In this document: positions 30,124 to 37,626 of the stretch, in pieces
Numbering within the stretch: position 1 is the first letter of the stretch
Layout: each line of letters opens with the position of its first letter
Source: an uncultured Gammaproteobacteria bacterium
Lineage (GTDB): Bacteria; Patescibacteriota; Microgenomatia; JALYQM01
NCBI GenBank assembly: GCA_964535655.1
Contig: CAZHTP010000004.1
Coordinates: forward strand, 139,108 to 203,107
DNA: 64,000 nt
Direction: 5' to 3'
Notes under the pieces: model-generated
Database searches by the model: none
What the model saw: the letters and a program-made list of their open reading frames with translations, nothing else
Told to the model about the DNA's origin: nothing
Translations under genes and position numbers: made by a program

Positions 30124-31302
30124 TTACTTTGCAGTCGTAGTTAATTTCTGGATTACTGTGTTACCGATTTTTTCACCCATTTTAAATCCTTCTTCATTGT
30201 CGATAGGAAAGTGAATACCTGCCCAGAGGCGGGAATTGCGGGCTTCGTTGGCCATAGCAAACCACTCATTTTTGTTTTCTGGAAAATAATGAGAAAGAAT
30301 TGTCGCGGCGGCGGCTGAAAGCGTTGAATGTCCTGACGTATAACTAGGAAAATTGGGGTTTTGAATAACGGTTTTAATACTTGCATCGCGCATATCTGGG
30401 CGGTCAGTTTGATACGTATATTTGGTATTCCAGCAGGAGATCATGGCATCCTCGAGTGTTGTTGCAAGCACCGCATTTACTTCAATGTTTTTATCAAAAG
30501 GTATATCATGAGCATTCATGTATTCGTTTGCGATGGTAAGCCATATACCTGCCGGTGTTACCGTATTTGATCCACCTGCCCAATATTTTATTTTCGCTAA
30601 TCTTTCTGGGGTATTTTCTTTAACAGCGGTTTTGACTGCTTCAATCTGATTTTTATCCTGTTGAGATCCAAGTTTAGGTGGTGGTGGAGGAAGATATTCA
30701 TTTGGTGAGCCGATATACCAGGTTTTCCAAGCGCCAGCTTCGGGAGTAATAACATCCAGATGGTACCATTTATCGGCCATTGGTTTCATTGTTTTGACAT
30801 ACTCAGCGGTTTGTTTATCATTTTGGGCAATTCGGTTAGTAATTTTTTTAGTAACGATATCCGCAATGATTTTATCTGTTGAAAATGATGTATCGGGAGC
30901 TGTGCATTCACTTGGAAAGAATACACAGTTTACCTGATGTGTTGTTTTGGTAATTGCATCTACTTCACGATCCGCATTTTTTGCTACTTTAAATGCCTCA
31001 CTTTGGGCTAATAACAAATTAGCATAGTATTTTGCTGCAAGTGTAGGTTGGGTATTTTGAAACTTAATAATATCGAACATATGGGAGTGTGTACTATTCA
31101 AGCTATCAAGGGAAAAGGTACTAAATTCTTTTTCTGATTCATTAATACGGTTCATTTCATCTGCTGAATACGTAAAATATGTGTTATATTTTGCTTCTTG
31201 GGGAGTGACAGTATTTTTGCTGTGCATAGCAAAAATTATCACTGCTGCAGTTGTGATAAGCAGGACAGAGGTGGCAGAAATTGTTACATGTTTGGCTTTC
31301 AT
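30124..31302 (-). CDS. secreted PAP2-superfamily phosphatase / vanadium-haloperoxidase-like protein
   Basis: All three PAP2 motifs are present: K-x6-RP (KYTYQTDRPD), PSGH (PSYTSGHS) and SR-x5-H-x3-D (SRLWAGIHFPID). N-terminal signal anchor. Confidence 0.8.
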   Translation of the reverse strand: MKAKHVTISATSVLLITTAAVIIFAMHSKNTVTPQEAKYNTYFTYSADEMNRINESEKEFSTFSLDSLNSTHSHMFDIIKFQNTQPTLAAKYYANLLLAQSEAFKVAKNADREVDAITKTTHQVNCVFFPSECTAPDTSFSTDKIIADIVTKKITNRIAQNDKQTAEYVKTMKPMADKWYHLDVITPEAGAWKTWYIGSPNEYLPPPPPKLGSQQDKNQIEAVKTAVKENTPERLAKIKYWAGGSNTVTPAGIWLTIANEYMNAHDIPFDKNIEVNAVLATTLEDAMISCWNTKYTYQTDRPDMRDASIKTVIQNPNFPSYTSGHSTLSAAAATILSHYFPENKNEWFAMANEARNSRLWAGIHFPIDNEEGFKMGEKIGNTVIQKLTTTAK

Positions 31303-31305
31303 AGT

Positions 31306-32988
31306 CTAAATACCGTTTGTTAGTGTGCTAAAGGGCAGCACATTATTTTCGTATACACCGATTGGTCGCCCTTTGGTAACGACTGGTAGATAGGAGGGAT
31401 CGCGGTAGTGTGCATAGGCTAATTCCCACCATGAATGAACGGCTGTTCCCGCTCCAGAGGCCCACGGCCAGGCAGAAGGATTAAGAACATATTTAGACAT
31501 ATAGTCGATTGATACTTTCATTCGTCCATAACTCCATAAATCCAATCCCCGGCGTTCCATTACTTTTGCGGCGACAACTCTAAAGCCAATTGCGCCGGAA
31601 GAATAGGTAATACCTCCGGTGCCCCGGCGGGTTTCTTCAGGGATATGTCCATCGGAGGCGACTAAATCGACCTGTGATTTAAATTTTGCAATTCCTGCGT
31701 TGAGGCTTCCTGAATCACCGATATAATCTGATACAACAATTTTCATTTGTAATCCGGCATCACCCCAGTTGTTGTTACGAGTTGAAGCTGAAGGGAGTAT
31801 AACGGTGCGTAACCAGTTTTTAAACACTGCGTCGTCTGCTACAGAGAAGGCCCCGGACGGTTTAATGTGATCAGCGGCAAAAACAAAGCTTGGTGTCATA
31901 CGGCTCGTAATCAATGCCGTTTGGCAGCCACCTCCGTCAGGGCAGGCATTGGTTAGAGATTTTGTTGTATTTACCCAAGCCATAATATATTCGCGTGCTT
32001 TAGTGGCGTATTTAATATCACCGGTTAAGCCATAGGCAATTCCTAGAACATTAACGGCATTAGCATCATCAACAAATGGACCGGTTGTGCCAGGTATATT
32101 TAAGGGATTTTGCGGATTAGGATTGCGGCCAAGTGCGTTATTAGCATAACTTAACGCTGCTCCTGCTTCAGGCCTAGACTTGCGTTGTGCCAGTTCAGCA
32201 TTGGTGACGACGTATCCTTTTTGTTCGCCTGGTGGCCCTGTTGGAACTGGAGTTCCGTTTGGTGGTTGAGTAGGAGTGATGGATTGGGTTGGGTTTGCAG
32301 TACTTGAAGGAGAACCGGTAGCTTTTAACGCGACAATATACATTGAATAGGCTGCATGTTGTGCGTCTGCTGCTGGCCCTAATTGTGCTGTTCCAGCGTT
32401 AATGTTTTTTGAGTAAATATCATAGAGCCCAATTAATCCTTGTTCATTTTTCCGTTTAAAGAATTGATTTATTTGGGAAAAATCGTCGTTGGTTTGTTTA
32501 CTAAATCCACTCGTTATCCAACTCGGTGGGGAAAGATTGGGGATTTTTCGGGGCAAAATATACAATGTAGCGGCTTTGTTCGTTGTGATCGACCAGGAAA
32601 GATTGGTGTCATCTTTTATTTCGGAATTAGGTGTTGTTATATATGTTGCTTCAGTAAAGGTGTCTGGGAGAAAGAATAGAAAACGAGTATCTGTTGAATA
32701 AATTGGACTATTTGCTGCGACACAGGCTTTACCGAAACTTTTTCCGGAAGGAGAGTTGACGGTAATAAAAGAGGTATCACATGCGGCAAGTGAGCGTTCC
32801 ACCTTTCTACTGGCGCCAAAAAAGCTCATGGCAATTTTTTGTATTTGTTCGATAGAAATAAAGGTGATAAACAATCCTACTAACATGACGCAAAGTGCGC
32901 CAATGGCAATAAAGATGAATGTTGGTATTACGCTTTCCTCCTCATTTTTCATAGCTTCAGCATAATTGTAATTAGCCTTGTGTGTCAA
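31306..32988 (-). CDS. secreted protein: shared N-terminal module + Pro/Thr linker + alginate-lyase-like (alpha/alpha-toroid) C-terminal domain
   Basis: Signal anchor; the N-module is paralogous to ORFs 45377 and 60101; PT-rich linker; C-terminal NNNWGDAGL resembles the AlgL NNHSYW region. Confidence 0.5.
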   Translation of the reverse strand: MTHKANYNYAEAMKNEEESVIPTFIFIAIGALCVMLVGLFITFISIEQIQKIAMSFFGASRKVERSLAACDTSFITVNSPSGKSFGKACVAANSPIYSTDTRFLFFLPDTFTEATYITTPNSEIKDDTNLSWSITTNKAATLYILPRKIPNLSPPSWITSGFSKQTNDDFSQINQFFKRKNEQGLIGLYDIYSKNINAGTAQLGPAADAQHAAYSMYIVALKATGSPSSTANPTQSITPTQPPNGTPVPTGPPGEQKGYVVTNAELAQRKSRPEAGAALSYANNALGRNPNPQNPLNIPGTTGPFVDDANAVNVLGIAYGLTGDIKYATKAREYIMAWVNTTKSLTNACPDGGGCQTALITSRMTPSFVFAADHIKPSGAFSVADDAVFKNWLRTVILPSASTRNNNWGDAGLQMKIVVSDYIGDSGSLNAGIAKFKSQVDLVASDGHIPEETRRGTGGITYSSGAIGFRVVAAKVMERRGLDLWSYGRMKVSIDYMSKYVLNPSAWPWASGAGTAVHSWWELAYAHYRDPSYLPVVTKGRPIGVYENNVLPFSTLTNGI

Positions 32989-32994
32989 TGATAG

Positions 32995-33648
32995 TTGCTA
33001 TATACTGCGATTGATAATTCTTTTATGGCAGCACCAATCACGCATATTGCTCTTGCTGACTTGATTTTCGATACCTATTTTGAAGGTACAAGCAAGCGAC
33101 TCTTTACGATCGGTACGCTTTTCCCGAGTATTGAATATCTGCGTGTTTTATCTCGAGATCGTTCGCATTTTCATACGGTTCATTTAAAAGAACTTATTGG
33201 CATTAACGCATTTACTGCAGGATTTAAATTTCATTCGCTTGTTGATCAAGTGCGAGATGAATATTTAGAATCCCAAAAAGCGTACTATTCTTTTCCTAAG
33301 ACAAATTTATCTGTTCGAGCATTGAAATTTTTGGAAGATGAGATTTTGTATGATGAGGTAACTAACTGGGGAGAGTATTGCTCGTATTTTGGATCGATAA
33401 CTGAAGATGAAAAGCGCTTCGGTATTGAAGGCGATGAAATTATGCATTGGCATAAGGCGGTAGAGCAGTATTGCTGTAAAAAACCGACAGACGAAGTGCG
33501 CATAGATTTTGTTCAATGGTTAGGGTTTTCGCAAGAAGTTGCAGAGGAAACAAATGATGCCTTAAAAGAGATGCGCAATGACCCTGCGGTGGTGGAGATG
33601 ATTAAGGGATTGTATAAGAATTTTAAGTATTTGATAGATAGGGAATGA
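32995..33648 (+). CDS. hypothetical protein
   Basis: No confident motif (HIALADL at the N-terminus); first gene of the co-directional block leading into the DUF2726/DUF2075 genes. Confidence 0.4.
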   Translation: MLYTAIDNSFMAAPITHIALADLIFDTYFEGTSKRLFTIGTLFPSIEYLRVLSRDRSHFHTVHLKELIGINAFTAGFKFHSLVDQVRDEYLESQKAYYSFPKTNLSVRALKFLEDEILYDEVTNWGEYCSYFGSITEDEKRFGIEGDEIMHWHKAVEQYCCKKPTDEVRIDFVQWLGFSQEVAEETNDALKEMRNDPAVVEMIKGLYKNFKYLIDRE

Positions 33649-33649
33649 T

Positions 33650-33901
33650 ATGAGTGATGTAATATTATCTGAAAAAGCGAAGAGTTTGAAGTTGGGGAGA
33701 TATAGGCATTATAAGGATAAGTATTATCAAGTGATTGGGGTGGCGGTGCATAGTGAGATACAGGAAGAATTAGTGGTGTATTCGCCGGGATATGATACTC
33801 CGGTGAAATTATGGGTGCGCCCGCTGGAGATGTTTATGGGTGAGGTGGAAGTGGATGGGGTAGTGAGGAAGAGGTTTGAACTCGTGGAGGAGGAAGCCTA
33901 A
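33650..33901 (+). CDS. DUF1653-like small protein
   Basis: GRYRHYKDKYYQVIGVAVHSEIQEELVVY...LWVRPLEMF pattern recalled as DUF1653. Confidence 0.5.
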   Translation: MSDVILSEKAKSLKLGRYRHYKDKYYQVIGVAVHSEIQEELVVYSPGYDTPVKLWVRPLEMFMGEVEVDGVVRKRFELVEEEA

Positions 33902-34385
33902 TATGTATTCGTTACAGTATTTAGCGATTGCTGTCATCATAGTTTTATTTGTTGGAGTATTTCTATTTGTTACTCTTAAAAAATCTCCTCGAAAATTCAA
34001 GGCTAAAGGGCCATATTTACTGAGCATGGGAGAAACGCGTTTTTTTAATGTACTCGTCCAAGCGATTAGTAGTACTGAATATGTTTGTCCAAAAGTCAGA
34101 ATTGCGGATTTGGTGGAAGTTGATTTGCCAAAAGATGATACAGAATATTGGTCAAATTTTAATAAAATAAGTCAAAAACATGTGGACTTTGTAATTGTAA
34201 ACAGATTGGATTTTGCGCCAAAATTAATTGTTGAGCTTGATGGTGGATCACATAATAATCCAGATAGATTAGAGAGAGATGAGTTTGTGGACTCAGTGTT
34301 AAAATCAGCGAAGATACCGATTGTGCATATTGCAGTGCAGGGGAATTATTCTGTTGAGCAGTTGAAGAGTGAGTTGAAAATATAG
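33876..34385 (+). CDS. DUF2726-like PD-(D/E)xK-fold protein with N-terminal TM helix
   Basis: TM helix, then FFNVL...HVDFVIVN...KLIVELDGGSH...RDEFVDSVLKSAKIPIVHI, matching the DUF2726 / restriction-endonuclease-like core (D..ExD/K). Confidence 0.6.
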   Translation: MNSWRRKPNMYSLQYLAIAVIIVLFVGVFLFVTLKKSPRKFKAKGPYLLSMGETRFFNVLVQAISSTEYVCPKVRIADLVEVDLPKDDTEYWSNFNKISQKHVDFVIVNRLDFAPKLIVELDGGSHNNPDRLERDEFVDSVLKSAKIPIVHIAVQGNYSVEQLKSELKI

Positions 34386-34419
34386 TTATTGCAATTGTTG
34401 TTTAAAAGTATATATTTGT

Positions 34420-36291
34420 TTGATACTTATGATCCTTTATGAAGGAACGGCAAAGGAATATAGTGAAGCCGTTGATACTAATAAACTAATTGAACAGCTA
34501 GAACTCGCATTTAAACAAAAATTAGGACGAAAACTTCCTCCGAATGAAGTGGGAGCTTATAATAATTCGCTCTCTTTTATGGAACGTGTTATTAGAAGAT
34601 CTGGCGTTTCCGATGATTGTGCTATTCTGATCGAATATATTATCCCCCTTACTTCAAATAGAATTGATTTCCTCATAGCCGGAGAAGATGATTTTGGAAA
34701 TAAGAATTTTGTTATAGTTGAATTAAAGCAGTGGCAAAAAGCAAGTCCAACTGAAAGTGATGCTGTCGTAAGGACTTTCTTAAATGGTGGAGATCGTGAA
34801 ACCACTCATCCTAGTTATCAAGCAAATTCATACAAATTGTTTCTATCGGATTTTAATGAAGAAATTTCAAGTGGAAAGATAAAAGCTTCAGCTTGTGCTT
34901 ATTTACATAACTATCATAAGCATTTTCCAGAGCCTTTGGAAAATTATCCTTATGATGAAATTATCAAAGAAGCACCGATCTACTTTAGTGAGGATCAAGA
35001 AAAATTAGAGAAGTTCATTGCGAAGAATGTAAAATACGGAAAAGGAAAAGAAATCCTCTATGCTATTGAACATGGAGAAATTAAACCTACGAAGAAATTA
35101 ATAGATTATGTCTCAGATTTATTTATAGGGAATAATAAATTTATTTTTCTGGATAATCAAAAAGTAGCTTTTGAAAAGGCTCGTTCAGCTGTCAAAGATT
35201 CTAATAAAAAGACGGTGGTCATTGTTCAGGGCGGTCCTGGAACAGGGAAATCTGTTATCTCTGTAAACTTGTTGGGGCAGTTTCTTAAGGATAAATTAAA
35301 TACTTTATTCGTTGCTCCGAATGCTTCATTCAGAAATGTTCTTATTAAGACATTAGCTCGAGAATTTCCCTCTAATCGTTTGCAGAATTTATTTAAAGGT
35401 TCGAGTAGTTTTGTCGATACAGACCCGAATACATATGATGTATTAATTATTGACGAAGCTCATAGGCTAAAAGACCGTCGTGCTTATATGTACACAGGTA
35501 AGAATCAAGTGGAGGATGTAATAAAGGCGGCTCGAACAACTATTTTTTTCATAGATGATGATCAAGTTATTCGGCCCGAGGATATAGGATCAGTTAAGGA
35601 AATCAATAGAATAGCTCATGAATATGAAGCTGAAGTTTATACAATCGAACTAGAATCTCAATTTCGTTGTGCAGGAGCGGATGGTTATATTAACTGGCTT
35701 AATGATGTCTGGCAGTTGAAAATGACTGCGAATTATGATGGTTGGGAGGAAAAAGATTTCGAGTTTAGAATTTTTGATGATCCTAACGAGATGAGAAAAG
35801 CAATTAAGTCAAAACATGAACAAAATTACGATGCTCGAATTCTTGCCGGTTATGCTTGGTCTTGGACCTCTGGCGAAAAGGGTAATGCAGATGCTCAAAT
35901 TGAAGATGTTCAAATCCCAGAATTTGAATTTAGTATGCCTTGGAATTCTCGGAAAGTAGGAACTACATGGTCCGTAGATCAAGAAGGTATTGATCAAGTG
36001 GGTTGCATTCATACTTCCCAGGGTATTGATTTTGATTATGTGGGGGTAATAGTTGGTAAAGATATAACGTTTAATCAAAATTTACTCGAATTTAGCACTG
36101 AGTATAATGCCTATAAAGATTTTCAAGGTAAGCTGGGTTTGAAAGAGAAGCCCGAAGAACTTAATCTGTTAGTAAGACGCATTTATAAAATATTAATGTC
36201 TAGGCCGAGATATGGTTGTTATGTCTACTTTTGTGATCCGGCATTGAAGGAATATTTTCAGAGAAGATTAACGGGAAGTATCAGAAGATAG
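34420..36291 (+). CDS. DUF2075-like nuclease-helicase: N-terminal PD-(D/E)xK-like domain + SF1-type P-loop ATPase/helicase core
   Basis: N-terminus ILIEY..RIDFLIAGED..FVIVELKQW (E/D/ExK); Walker A VQGGPGTGKSVIS; Walker B/DEAH LIIDEAHRL; C-terminal helicase motif TSQGIDFDYVGVIV. Confidence 0.7.
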   Translation: MILMILYEGTAKEYSEAVDTNKLIEQLELAFKQKLGRKLPPNEVGAYNNSLSFMERVIRRSGVSDDCAILIEYIIPLTSNRIDFLIAGEDDFGNKNFVIVELKQWQKASPTESDAVVRTFLNGGDRETTHPSYQANSYKLFLSDFNEEISSGKIKASACAYLHNYHKHFPEPLENYPYDEIIKEAPIYFSEDQEKLEKFIAKNVKYGKGKEILYAIEHGEIKPTKKLIDYVSDLFIGNNKFIFLDNQKVAFEKARSAVKDSNKKTVVIVQGGPGTGKSVISVNLLGQFLKDKLNTLFVAPNASFRNVLIKTLAREFPSNRLQNLFKGSSSFVDTDPNTYDVLIIDEAHRLKDRRAYMYTGKNQVEDVIKAARTTIFFIDDDQVIRPEDIGSVKEINRIAHEYEAEVYTIELESQFRCAGADGYINWLNDVWQLKMTANYDGWEEKDFEFRIFDDPNEMRKAIKSKHEQNYDARILAGYAWSWTSGEKGNADAQIEDVQIPEFEFSMPWNSRKVGTTWSVDQEGIDQVGCIHTSQGIDFDYVGVIVGKDITFNQNLLEFSTEYNAYKDFQGKLGLKEKPEELNLLVRRIYKILMSRPRYGCYVYFCDPALKEYFQRRLTGSIRR

Positions 36292-36338
36292 AATAGTAAC
36301 TTCATAATTTTTACCAAAGTGCTATAATGTAGCCACAT

Positions 36339-36788
36339 ATGGCTACTTCACGTTTATATCGATCATCTGATAATAAGGTTATTGCCGGTGTGTGTGGAGG
36401 GTTAGGAGAATACTTTGATATTGACCCCATGATTATTCGTGCGCTGTTTGTTTTGGCCTTTTTTATGAGTGGAACAGGGGTTCTACTGTATATTGTTTTG
36501 TGGCTTATTATTCCTGAAAACCCTACGTATGCAACATTTTCTCGCGATAATATTCGTAATACGGTTAATGAGATGAAGGCGAAGGCGGTTGATGTGGTAG
36601 ATGAATTGCGGGGTATCAAGGAAGCGCGGACGGAAAATAGACAATCGTGGTTAGCTATTTTGATTGTGACAATCGGTGTTATGCTGTTACTGCGCAATTT
36701 TAATATGCTCGCTGTCTTTGATTTTGAACGATTATGGCCGCTCCTTTTAATTGTTGTAGGCTTTGCAATTATGTTTAAAAAGCGTTAA
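36339..36788 (+). CDS. PspC-domain membrane protein
   Basis: LYRSSDNKVIAGVCGGLGEYFDIDPMIIRALFV is a canonical PspC domain, followed by TM helices. Confidence 0.75.
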   Translation: MATSRLYRSSDNKVIAGVCGGLGEYFDIDPMIIRALFVLAFFMSGTGVLLYIVLWLIIPENPTYATFSRDNIRNTVNEMKAKAVDVVDELRGIKEARTENRQSWLAILIVTIGVMLLLRNFNMLAVFDFERLWPLLLIVVGFAIMFKKR

Positions 36789-36799
36789 GCGAACGTTCG

Positions 36800-36910
36800 C
36801 GTGATCGGATCGTCCTGTATGGTGCTGAAGCGTTATCTGCTGCGGAGCTTCGACCGGTTGTACTCAAACCGGGAGATGCGTATTCCATCGCATACTCATC
36901 CACTGGGTGA
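36800..36910 (+). pseudogene. remnant of a radC-like (UPF0758) gene: N-terminal HhH segment only
   Basis: Frame translation RDRIVLYGAEALSAAELRPVVLKPG matches the RadC N-terminus (RERLL.HGAEALSDAELLAILLRTG). No start codon; stop after 36 codons. Confidence 0.35.
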
Positions 36911-37341
36911 CTGTACCCCATCGAATGAAGATATTGAGATTACTCAGTGACTAATGGAAGTGGGACATATTTTAGGAATTGAAGTGCTTAGTATGAAAGA
37001 TCATGGAGTCGTGTAGCACTTGCAAAATACTTTTTGGCGTGTCTATCATGGATTATGATTAAAACGTTGGCACGCCATCGTCGCGAAACAATGCATAGTT
37101 ACAAACGAGCGACTATGGAACAGAAGATTATTATCTGGACCGTGTGGGCTTGGGTATTTGTCTTCTTCTGTATTATGCTGGCATTTGTTGTCGGCAAATT
37201 GTTTTACCTATACTAATATTTTTCTACGGTATATTTTCCTTCTTTAAAGAGTAGGTTAGGGCCATAAATTCTCCAGCGCAATTTTCTGCCAAACAGACAA
37301 AGAAAAACTTATCCTCTAAAATTTCGCCTGCGGCCGTACTA

Positions 37342-37626
37342 TTGGATTATGAAATACTAAATATCATTCGCGCTGGGGTAGTTTCAAACCGATTGCGGTT
37401 AGAACATAAAGATATTCTAGTAAATTTGTATCAGGATTTAGCTATTCAGACTTTACCTATTAACTACCTTGAAGTTCTGAATGTTGCACTCATTAAAAAA
37501 CTGAGCATTTATGATGCAAGTTACTTTTGGCTAGCGGATAAAATGGATATACCCTTACTAACCTTGGATGCTGCTTTAAAAAATAACTTCTGTCTTTTTT
37601 CTTTCATTGTGTTATTATCTATTCTT
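37342..37626 (+). pseudogene. PIN-domain (VapC-like) remnant, open in-frame into the downstream decarboxylase ORF
   Basis: LLDYEIL...LSIYDASYFWLADKMDIPLLTLDAALKNNF matches the C-terminal half of PIN (YDASY..., LLTLD). Only about 85 aa; TTG at the ORF start; no canonical ATG. Confidence 0.45.

Noticed and set aside
32995-33648. Zn-dependent phospholipase C / P1-nuclease-like assignment for ORF 32995
   Set aside because: Only a vague N-terminal resemblance (THIALADL); the other metal-ligand motifs could not be recognised. Kept as a hypothetical protein.
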